Shown piece by piece: positions 7,558 through 14,296 of a DNA stretch of 41,344 nt. Positions within the stretch are counted from its first letter, which is position 1, and the number at the start of each line of letters is the position of its first letter. The translations under genes were made by a program, and so were the position numbers. Origin of the DNA: a virus; the IMG/VR virus record IMGVR_UViG_3300022538_000145, positions 1 through 41,344 of that record. One strand, 5' to 3'. The notes beneath the pieces were generated by a model. The model made no database searches and had not been told where the DNA came from. It saw only the letters and a list, made by a program, of their open reading frames with translations.

Positions 7558-8256
7558 ATGAAACTCACAGGCTACCAGCTACCACCAACGTACAGACTCA
7601 GCACACACAGAGGCGCCGGCTGCGCCGGCGACCCACCAGGACACCCACGTTATTTTGTCCGCTCTGTTTATACTCAACACGGAAACAGCCCACCGAGTAG
7701 GAACGGAAAGCCAGCGCCACACTATGAGCTTAACGGGCGCTATTACTCCGATCTTGAAGGCGTTGATAAACTCTTTAAGCCCCTGCCCCTAGACAGTGAG
7801 CGTGTCCAGTTGTGGATAGCTGACACATTCCGCCATCATCATAGCTGCTATCAGGTCCCGGACGGCGCCGGCTCATGGCACGACAACCTCATTATATACC
7901 CGGTGCCAAGCTACAAGTTAAAGACTTTCCATGACGATGAGCGTTTCAGTGAGGAATGGCGCACCAAAGAGAAGGCAGCCATCGAACAGGCCAACGCCGA
8001 GATAGAGGCATACGCCGCCGATGTTGCAACACCAGATAACCACGCTGCTACTATCATTATCAGGCGCTACTACCCGGAGTTTAACCCGGCACCCGAGTTA
8101 ATAGACAACCCACCGGAGGGAGTAACTAACTGGTGGGAACGACTGGCCGAGAAGCCCACGCCTGAGACGTGCCCGGGTGAGGACTGGCAGAAACACCCGG
8201 TTAATGGCTTATGGTGTCAAGTCTGCGGCTGGCATGAGCAGACGCCAGAGAACTAG
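7558..8256 (+). CDS. Hypothetical protein (232 aa), first gene of the rightward unit.
   Basis: ATG 7558 has a GAAGGGGGAAACA SD and lies downstream of the 7489 promoter. The track ORF extends to 7276 in the same frame. The C-terminus carries CPGEDW...CQVCGWH. Confidence 0.55.
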   Translation: MKLTGYQLPPTYRLSTHRGAGCAGDPPGHPRYFVRSVYTQHGNSPPSRNGKPAPHYELNGRYYSDLEGVDKLFKPLPLDSERVQLWIADTFRHHHSCYQVPDGAGSWHDNLIIYPVPSYKLKTFHDDERFSEEWRTKEKAAIEQANAEIEAYAADVATPDNHAATIIIRRYYPEFNPAPELIDNPPEGVTNWWERLAEKPTPETCPGEDWQKHPVNGLWCQVCGWHEQTPEN

Positions 8257-8269
8257 CACAACGAACAGA

Positions 8270-8292
8270 GCCCCGGCGCTCATGGCCGGGGC
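8270..8292 (+). other. Intercistronic GC-rich hairpin.
   Basis: GCCCCGGC pairs with GCCGGGGC (8-bp stem, 7-nt loop). No U-tract follows. Confidence 0.5.
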
Positions 8293-8318
8293 CGGGGGTA
8301 GACGAGGAGAAAAGGAAA

Positions 8319-9209
8319 ATGCCGAAGATTACCTACGAGACCAAGAAGTTCTCACCTGATACCCTATCCACCATCACAACTGCCGAGGGTATCATCAGAG
8401 AGTATCAGGCACAGGGCTTCAGCCTTACGCTGAGGCAACTATACTATCAGTTCGTGGCGCGAGGGCTGATAGCCAACACCGAGCGCGACTACAAGCGCAT
8501 CGGGAATATTGTAAGCGATGCTCGGAGGGCAGGCTTGATTGATTGGGAAGCCATTGAAGACCGCACCCGATTCTTACGGAGGCTGAGTGCATGGAATCAC
8601 CCGAAGGACATCCTTGAGAGTGCAAGGGATAGCTACCGCCGCGACCTCTGGGAAACCCAGGGTCTGAGGTATGAGGTCTGGATTGAGAAGGATGCTCTGG
8701 TCGGTGTGATTGAGCCTATCTGCAAGGAACTACACGTCCCATTCTTCAGTTGCCGAGGCTATGTCTCGGACTCAGAGATGTGGTCAGCTGGCATAAGAGT
8801 GCAGGGGCACAACAGGGCAGGGCAGAACGTCATCATCCTACACTTGGGTGACCATGACCCCTCAGGCATTGACATGACTAGGGACATCAGGACGAGGATT
8901 GAACTGTTCTCAGAACTCGGTGACTTTGAACTGAAGCGCATCGCCCTCACTATGGAGCAGATTGAGGAGCAGTCACCACCCCCGAACCCAGCCAAGGTGA
9001 CCGACTCAAGATACGAGAGCTACGCCTCCGAGTACGGCGATGAGAGCTGGGAACTTGATGCTCTGGAGCCCCGCTTCATCTCCGACCTTATTCAGAATGC
9101 AGTGTTTGAGGAGCGGGACATTGGCCTCTGGCAGGAGGCGGTGGATGAGATGGATACCGAGCGCAACCAGATTCAGGACATCATTGACCGCTGGGATGAG
9201 TTATTTTAG
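8319..9209 (+). CDS. Spo11 / topoisomerase VI subunit A-like protein (short 'Mini-A'-like form: winged-helix Tyr motif plus Toprim).
   Basis: Three motifs support the call:
- LTLRQLYYQFV, with R39, Y42 and Y43, matches the RxxYY catalytic-Tyr motif.
- VWIEKDAL carries the Toprim Glu (E123).
- LGDHDPSGIDM carries the Toprim DxD followed by P-x-G, as in Topo VI-A (D178, D180).
The SD is GGAGAAAAGG. Confidence 0.7.
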   Translation: MPKITYETKKFSPDTLSTITTAEGIIREYQAQGFSLTLRQLYYQFVARGLIANTERDYKRIGNIVSDARRAGLIDWEAIEDRTRFLRRLSAWNHPKDILESARDSYRRDLWETQGLRYEVWIEKDALVGVIEPICKELHVPFFSCRGYVSDSEMWSAGIRVQGHNRAGQNVIILHLGDHDPSGIDMTRDIRTRIELFSELGDFELKRIALTMEQIEEQSPPPNPAKVTDSRYESYASEYGDESWELDALEPRFISDLIQNAVFEERDIGLWQEAVDEMDTERNQIQDIIDRWDELF

Positions 9210-9323
9210 CCAAGTAATAAGCTCAAGCAGAGCAGACGCCCGGGGATAGTGAAGCGAATAGTTCGAGGGTGCTTTATCGGGCAGTGAGCAGCACACTATA
9301 TCCGGGCAAAGGGGGTAAAGCCT

Positions 9324-9449
9324 ATGCCAAGTGAAGAACAAATAGAACTCCGAGCAATAGTAATCCAGCTTATGAGAGAAGCCGGCATCATCAAGGTGGA
9401 CGATGCCATCACCCCGGAGCTGGAAAAAGAAATAAAAGGAGAAGGGTAA
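9324..9449 (+). CDS. Small acidic protein (41 aa).
   Basis: Hand-translated as MPSEEQIELRAIVIQLMREAGIIKVDDAITPELEKEIKGEG. It has a GGGGG SD, and its TAA abuts the next ATG. Confidence 0.45.
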   Translation: MPSEEQIELRAIVIQLMREAGIIKVDDAITPELEKEIKGEG

Positions 9450-9872
9450 ATGAAACTATTTAAGAGAAAGCCAAAGCCACTAGGTGTTAAGCTAGACGCT
9501 GGTTCCGCCGCTGGTACTGAGCCGGAACTGAAGTTGGTTGACTTGTGCAAGCTCGAGCTACAGCACTCGATGAAGATCCGGTTTGACCCTCACCCGAGCG
9601 ACTATGAGTACCGCTATAACTTCACTTACACTCCATCGTACAGGTATGGTGTCCGCAGCTATACCAGCAAGCCGGTTGAGGAAGTCGGCTTGACAGTGTG
9701 TGACCTCGAAGCCCGGGTGATGATTGAGAAAGGCGACATTATACTGAAGTTCAGGTATTGCCCTACCCTCAGACGGCTGGCCGGTATGATGGCCGAGGTC
9801 CAATGGCAAATCGAGGGTATACTCAAGGATTATCAGCGCTTCGAGAAATTCTCCAAACTCGAGAAGAAATAA
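9450..9872 (+). CDS. Hypothetical protein.
   Basis: 140-aa ORF with an AAAGGAGAAGGG SD. No motif recognised. Confidence 0.6.
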   Translation: MKLFKRKPKPLGVKLDAGSAAGTEPELKLVDLCKLELQHSMKIRFDPHPSDYEYRYNFTYTPSYRYGVRSYTSKPVEEVGLTVCDLEARVMIEKGDIILKFRYCPTLRRLAGMMAEVQWQIEGILKDYQRFEKFSKLEKK

Positions 9873-9902
9873 GATAAATCTCAAGACAGGGGGTGAATAG
9901 TA

Positions 9903-10118
9903 ATGACAGTCACCTGGGAATCAGTCGAGTCGACAAATATAGATATGATAGGCTATGATGAAGACAACTCACAGCTTCACGTCAAGTTCCGCTCCGGGGC
10001 TGAGTACGTCTACAATGAAGTTCCACCAGCCGTTTATCAAGAGTTCCTGGACTCCGACAGCAAGGGAAAGTTCCTGAACGAGCGTATCAAGGGCCGGTAC
10101 AACTACGCCAGGGTATAA
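9903..10118 (+). CDS. KTSC domain protein.
   Basis: IDMIGYDEDNSQLHVKFRSGAEYVYNEVPPAVYQEFLDSDSKGKFLNERIKGRYNY matches the KTSC pattern. The SD is GGGGGTGA. Confidence 0.8.
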   Translation: MTVTWESVESTNIDMIGYDEDNSQLHVKFRSGAEYVYNEVPPAVYQEFLDSDSKGKFLNERIKGRYNYARV

Positions 10119-10150
10119 CACACGCACTACGATTGAAATCTGACAGAGTA

Positions 10151-10198
10151 AGGGGCTAGGTGAATAGGATACGACCTCTGTATCCACGCCTAGCCCCT
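10151..10198 (+). terminator. Long hairpin after the KTSC gene; possible terminator or attenuator with a weak U-tract.
   Basis: The outer stem pairs AGGGGCTAGGTG with CGCCTAGCCCCT. The inner stem pairs GGATAC with GTATCC (10167-10172 and 10180-10185). It is followed by CTCTAATT. Confidence 0.45.
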
Positions 10199-10204
10199 CT
10201 CTAA

Positions 10205-10233
10205 TTGACAAACAGCACCGATAGTGATACACT
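10205..10233 (+). promoter_or_regulatory. Extended -10 sigma70-type promoter feeding a leaderless ORF.
   Basis: TTGACA (10205-10210), then 17 nt, then TACACT (10228-10233), with TG at 10225-10226. The ATG at 10240 lies only 6 nt after the -10. Confidence 0.6.
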
Positions 10234-10239
10234 AATAGT

Positions 10240-10371
10240 ATGATACATATACATAAATGCAAACGGTGTGGTCACGAATGGGCTAGTAAGAACCAGCATC
10301 CTTTAAGGTGTGGCAAATGTAAAACGCCCTACTGGGACAAAGAACGGAGAGCTAAGTCATGCCCAAGTTAG
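10240..10371 (+). CDS. Zinc-ribbon protein (43 aa), apparently leaderless.
   Basis: Hand-translated as MIHIHKCKRCGHEWASKNQHPLRCGKCKTPYWDKERRAKSCPS, with a CxxC-x15-CxxC pattern. It overlaps the next gene by 13 nt. Confidence 0.5.
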   Translation: MIHIHKCKRCGHEWASKNQHPLRCGKCKTPYWDKERRAKSCPS

Positions 10372-10910
10372 GCGAAATTATAAGGGCAAGGGAATTCGGT
10401 ATAACAGGCGGCGAAGGTTCGCGGCAGTTAATATGGCACGCTTGCGAAATATGCGGCAAGGAACGCTGGGTAGTAATATTAAGAGGCAAGCCCCGGAATA
10501 ATAAGTGCCGTAATTGTGACCATAGAATTGGCGCAACAAACTCTAATTGGAAAGGCGGAAGATATAAGACGCCTCAAGGGTATATTTTGGTTTGGCTGCA
10601 CCCCGACGACTTCTTTTACACGATGGTAGATTTTAGGGGCTATGTTATGGAGCACCGCCTCGTTATGGCGCAAAAGTTAGGACGTTGCCTTCAACCCTGG
10701 GAGTTGGTTCACCACAAAGGAATACGTTATCCGGGGATTGATAATAGGTCGGATAACCTTGAAGATAATCTGGAACTCACGATTAAGGGAAGCCACTCAA
10801 GGGAACACAGCAAAGGCTATCGGGACGGCTACAAGAAAGGTTTAACTGACGGTAGATTGAAGCAAATAAAGGAACTCCGACAGAAGATAGCTTTATTGGA
10901 GTCTAGTTAG
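10359..10910 (+). CDS. HNH homing-type endonuclease.
   Basis: GYVMEHRLVMAQKLGRCLQPWELVHHKG...NRSDNLEDNLEL...SHSREH is a typical free-standing phage HNH. The N-terminus carries CEICG...CRNC. The SD is GGAGA. Confidence 0.85.
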   Translation: MPKLGEIIRAREFGITGGEGSRQLIWHACEICGKERWVVILRGKPRNNKCRNCDHRIGATNSNWKGGRYKTPQGYILVWLHPDDFFYTMVDFRGYVMEHRLVMAQKLGRCLQPWELVHHKGIRYPGIDNRSDNLEDNLELTIKGSHSREHSKGYRDGYKKGLTDGRLKQIKELRQKIALLESS

Positions 10911-10919
10911 CAAAGGCTT

Positions 10920-11354
10920 TTATCTCCTCAGATTTCTGGTGTATTGCTTGTAGCTGGTAATCTTCCTGCTATTCCCCGATACATAACCCAGAGCATTTTG
11001 TATCCTATGGAAGACGTCTTGCCGCCCCAAGTTTAGACACTGTGCAATATGTTCTGTCACAAAAATCTCATCGTCAGGCTCGAAGGCATAAAGGAATTCC
11101 ATCATCAGGCCATCGACACCGGCTGCCTGGATACGAATGTCTAACTCGGCGGCTATCCTGGCCGAGACCTCGAAAGAAGCGGCTGCCTTAATCGGCGCCT
11201 TGCTTATGGCCGGGTCTGTGTAGCCTGTCTCTCTAGTTGAACGAGGATAGACACCGCTCCGGAGCAGGGACAGGTGAGGCATGAGCCACTTAATCTGAGG
11301 CTTAGAATACCTGGCCTCTACTGCTCCCGGACTATACCAGTCTTTCTTTTTCAT
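10920..11354 (-). CDS. Hypothetical protein with a C-terminal HTH resembling sigma70 region 4; possible late-gene regulator.
   Basis: It is the last gene of the early unit. The segment HIAQCLNLGRQDVFHRIQNALGYVSG looks like an HTH. The functional call is speculative. Confidence 0.3.
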   Translation of the reverse strand: MKKKDWYSPGAVEARYSKPQIKWLMPHLSLLRSGVYPRSTRETGYTDPAISKAPIKAAASFEVSARIAAELDIRIQAAGVDGLMMEFLYAFEPDDEIFVTEHIAQCLNLGRQDVFHRIQNALGYVSGNSRKITSYKQYTRNLRR

Positions 11355-12127
11355 GCTATCATTTCACCCTGCCTTTTATCTCTACGTTTGGCATCTCGGC
11401 TTATCCACCAGAGCCAATATTCATCAGGGTTTGAAAATGGTAATGGCGTTCCACGTTCTATACGTTTATAGAAATATCTCACGGCGGCAAGATACCACGC
11501 TTTTGCTAATTTAGGGAAGCGGATAAGTTGCATCGCAGTTAATTTTCTTGATAGGAACGGGCATAGAACACACCCTATCCTTTCAAAACCTTCTGCGTAG
11601 AGAGAGCAAACTTTAATGTTGTGGATGCCGATATATTCCCACACTTCCCCGCCTGACCAATGTAATATGGGCATTACCCAAACACTCGCACTATCTTTAT
11701 GTTTGGGGGTTTCAAAGCATTTATACAATTTCCTTGTGGTGCTTTCGGCGTGCCGCATACCCAAAATCTTCACTCTGGCATTGCCACCCGCCTCTTTAAT
11801 CAGACGGCAACACCATCGCCTTCTACGAGTAGGCAAACCATTAGTTAAAACCTTCTTGAAAAATCCCCTAGCATGATAATCCCACTGAACATCGGGGTGA
11901 TACTGCTTTATGAAATCGTGTATCTCTTTGGGGTCTATCGGGCTGACGCAGTAATGCCAGTCGGCTTTAACTCCTGCCTGTTGAGTAAGATGCTTGATTA
12001 CACAACTATCCTTACCACCGCTAAACGCACCATAGTAACCATCGGGCGGTTCGCACGCCTTCAACAGGGCGATGGCCGTCTCCACCTTGTTCAGCCCTGT
12101 CAACATATCAACTTGGAAGATACTCAT
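11351..12127 (-). CDS. PAPS reductase / PP-loop ATPase family protein (DndC/CysH-like fold).
   Basis: The PP-loop is GAFSGGKDSCV. Further matches are RRRRWCCRLIKE, ILGMRHAESTTR, PILHWSGGEVWEYI and ERIGCVLCPF. Confidence 0.8.
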   Translation of the reverse strand: MSIFQVDMLTGLNKVETAIALLKACEPPDGYYGAFSGGKDSCVIKHLTQQAGVKADWHYCVSPIDPKEIHDFIKQYHPDVQWDYHARGFFKKVLTNGLPTRRRRWCCRLIKEAGGNARVKILGMRHAESTTRKLYKCFETPKHKDSASVWVMPILHWSGGEVWEYIGIHNIKVCSLYAEGFERIGCVLCPFLSRKLTAMQLIRFPKLAKAWYLAAVRYFYKRIERGTPLPFSNPDEYWLWWISRDAKRRDKRQGEMIA

Positions 12128-12366
12128 GCTACCCTCTTCGGTCTAGGGTGAGGCTTCAGTTGCATTTCTCTGGCTATCTTTCTCAGCCTGATATACTCAC
12201 GATCTCTGTCACTAATCAGGATTAGTTTGTATTCAAAGGGTGGCCAGTCCTGCCATACAGGTTGAGGCTCGTCAAACGTCTCCATGCCGAGCCTCTTCAG
12301 GGCTTCCAAGACCGCCAGCTTTGATTCTGTTTGCAGGCAGCACCATGCCGGGAGTGATTGTCTCAT
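12124..12366 (-). CDS. Hypothetical protein.
   Basis: 80-aa ORF with an ATGA-type overlap onto the downstream gene. The SD is weak. Confidence 0.5.
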   Translation of the reverse strand: MRQSLPAWCCLQTESKLAVLEALKRLGMETFDEPQPVWQDWPPFEYKLILISDRDREYIRLRKIAREMQLKPHPRPKRVA

Positions 12367-12377
12367 TGAAAACTCGC

Positions 12378-12719
12378 TTATGGTTTATCGCCAGGTTTCC
12401 AGAGATTCTCCGTTATAAGTGTCTTCGTGGCTTTCGTGTGTACTACAATCACAGCGTAGACGCAACCGCAGTCCATACATATATCGGTATTCAACTGGAT
12501 AGAAGGAACCTCGGTGCCGATAGGAAGTGTTGGTTCCAAAGAGCGATCAACAAAAGTTCTGCTGCCTTGTTGGAAGGTGGCTATCATCCCCGGCTTTCCT
12601 GTTCCAGCCTTTACAGCCTTCTCGCACATCTTCTCGAAGTGCCTCTTCTTAGACTTGCATATCGGGCAGTGCGGATAAGTGTAAACCATATTGCCGTCTT
12701 TATCCTGTTGCTTGATCAT
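12378..12719 (-). CDS. Hypothetical Cys-rich protein.
   Basis: The Cys clusters CPIC...C and CMDCGC suggest zinc binding. Confidence 0.55.
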   Translation of the reverse strand: MIKQQDKDGNMVYTYPHCPICKSKKRHFEKMCEKAVKAGTGKPGMIATFQQGSRTFVDRSLEPTLPIGTEVPSIQLNTDICMDCGCVYAVIVVHTKATKTLITENLWKPGDKP

Positions 12720-12990
12720 CTTTATCCCTCATCATATTGTCCCATTTACTCTTGTCGAAATCACTACCACCAGCACCGAAGTCATGGTCAATAGGCAAGT
12801 CCTTCCTCTGTCTGATACCCTCTACCATACTTGCCATAGCCTTGTCCTTCCTGATGTAGTCTAAGTCCTGAATAAACGCTTCAGCACCCATTACGAACTC
12901 GATAGGTGGCATTGACCCGACCTTTAGATTTACGACTACCTCTTTCCGCTTGTGAAGATAAGTCAAATTGTAAAATATTCCTACTGGCAT
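12700..12990 (-). CDS. Hypothetical protein.
   Basis: 96-aa ORF with a strong SD, GAGGGAGGT. Confidence 0.6.
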   Translation of the reverse strand: MPVGIFYNLTYLHKRKEVVVNLKVGSMPPIEFVMGAEAFIQDLDYIRKDKAMASMVEGIRQRKDLPIDHDFGAGGSDFDKSKWDNMMRDKDDQATG

Positions 12991-12991
12991 A

Positions 12992-13165
12992 TCAACCTCC
13001 CTCTACTTTGACAGCTACATTATCCACAATGGCATATCCTGATGGCGGTGGTTGGCACTGGTGACACAGCCAGCGCTTCTTACCTATTTAATAATCCCCG
13101 GGCCAGTACCAGTCACCGCCACAGATACGGCAGGGATGGTCAGGCTTGTTAGGTTGCTCAGGCAC
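12992..13165 (-). pseudogene. Zinc-ribbon ORF interrupted by an in-frame TAA at 13090..13088. It is a nonsense allele, a readthrough candidate or a sequencing error.
   Basis: Hand translation gives GTG(13165) PEQPNKPDHPCRICGGDWYWPGDY-TAA-IGKKRWLCHQCQPPPSGYAIVDNVAVKVEGG-TGA. The two halves of a CxxC...CxxC ribbon lie on either side of the stop. A GGAG SD sits 7 nt upstream of the GTG. Confidence 0.5.
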
Positions 13166-13940
13166 TTGGCATCTCCTGTCTCATATTACCCTGCTTGTCA
13201 AGTAACTCAGGGTAGTCGCTAATCTCACAGGTATTCAAGTTGTTTTTAAGAAAGACTGGTATTCCTGCTTTGTCGCAAGCGGTTACTATTTCAACTACCC
13301 ATTCATACTTCGGAATGATTGTCGGCTTGGTCTGTGCGCCGATGATTACCCAATCTAATGCTCCTATACTTAAATCCGTTACACCTGCTGGCTGTAATAG
13401 TGGCTCAAATGATATAAACTTACTTTTTGCTTCAATCCTGTATAAATGATGAATTGCTTCCCTATAAGCTATACCATCGGTAGCCGTAACTCCCACCCAG
13501 CAGTTATCGGGGAACGGCGACCACTTGATAAGGTTCTGCGGTTGCTTGGTGAGGAGATAGAAGCGGTGTTCTGGCCACGCCTTAATATAGTTCAATACCT
13601 GCTTGGTCCAATCTTCGGGGATTCCGATACCGAACAGGTCGGACATATCACATACAAAGATGCCTTTTTCTTTACCAGCTATAACATCGGGTTTTAATTC
13701 CTTTAACCTTTCAGGCCAGAAGCGAGGATAGAAGGGGTTAGGATGCCCTTCATTCCAATGTTCGGGAAGTATGTTATCAGGCAAGTTGGTATTCGCTAGA
13801 TACCTTGACCTCAATCGCCCATTCGCCAGCTTCCTCGCATAGCAGTATTCACAGCCATTGAGACAGCCGGTGATAGGATTCCAAATATACCCCTGTTTGC
13901 CATCGGGATTCTTTGCCCATTCAATTTTTGTTTTGTTCAT
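13158..13940 (-). CDS. Gp37/Gp68 family protein (DUF5131).
   Basis: The N-terminus KIEWAKNPDGKQGYIWNPITGCLNGCEYCYARKLA matches the family signature. The Cys spacing is CX3CX2C. The SD is GGAGTGA. Confidence 0.75.
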   Translation of the reverse strand: MNKTKIEWAKNPDGKQGYIWNPITGCLNGCEYCYARKLANGRLRSRYLANTNLPDNILPEHWNEGHPNPFYPRFWPERLKELKPDVIAGKEKGIFVCDMSDLFGIGIPEDWTKQVLNYIKAWPEHRFYLLTKQPQNLIKWSPFPDNCWVGVTATDGIAYREAIHHLYRIEAKSKFISFEPLLQPAGVTDLSIGALDWVIIGAQTKPTIIPKYEWVVEIVTACDKAGIPVFLKNNLNTCEISDYPELLDKQGNMRQEMPSA

Positions 13941-13943
13941 CTT

Positions 13944-14108
13944 TCACTCCATCCCCGGTTCGGGATCTTCGGCTGTGTTACGCTTGACTGTCTCGTTATG
14001 ATAAGCCTCTCGAAGCATAGTCATCAAAACATTCAACCAGAACTCTAAGCACTCCCTCTTCTTTAGAGCCCACTCGATATGCAACTCTAAACTATGTAGT
14101 TCAGTCAT
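13944..14108 (-). CDS. Small protein (54 aa); not in the track.
   Basis: Hand-translated as MTELHSLELHIEWALKKRECLEFWLNVLMTMLREAYHNETVKRNTAEDPEPGME. Its ATG overlaps the upstream TGA (ATGA), and the ORF exactly fills the gap. Confidence 0.5.
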   Translation of the reverse strand: MTELHSLELHIEWALKKRECLEFWLNVLMTMLREAYHNETVKRNTAEDPEPGME

Positions 14109-14296
14109 CCCTTCTCCTTATTGGTGGTGGCTAACTTCCTTTTTGCCGTGTAAGTCATCTTATCCTTGGGGCAGGTTACACTCATTCCAGTTACAGGGAA
14201 TCCGTTCTTATCGAAGTGCATACCCCAACTCACTAATTCCAGGGCAGGCTCACAAGTTGGTAAATCCTCACAAGTAGCACAGGGGAACTTCATCAT
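14105..14296 (-). CDS. Cys-rich small protein.
   Basis: The 63-aa product starts MMKFPCATCEDLPTCEP and later has a further Cys in VTCPKD. It overlaps both neighbouring genes by 4 nt. Confidence 0.55.
   Translation of the reverse strand: MMKFPCATCEDLPTCEPALELVSWGMHFDKNGFPVTGMSVTCPKDKMTYTAKRKLATTNKEKG

Noticed and set aside
13088-13090. Genome-wide TAA (or other stop codon) reassignment.
   Set aside because: TAA, TGA and TAG all terminate well-delimited genes that are followed directly by the SD and start of the next gene. Examples are TAA for portal, terL and scaffold, TGA for the DnaC-like gene, and TAG for the 56-aa ORF. Long genes have no internal stops in the standard code.
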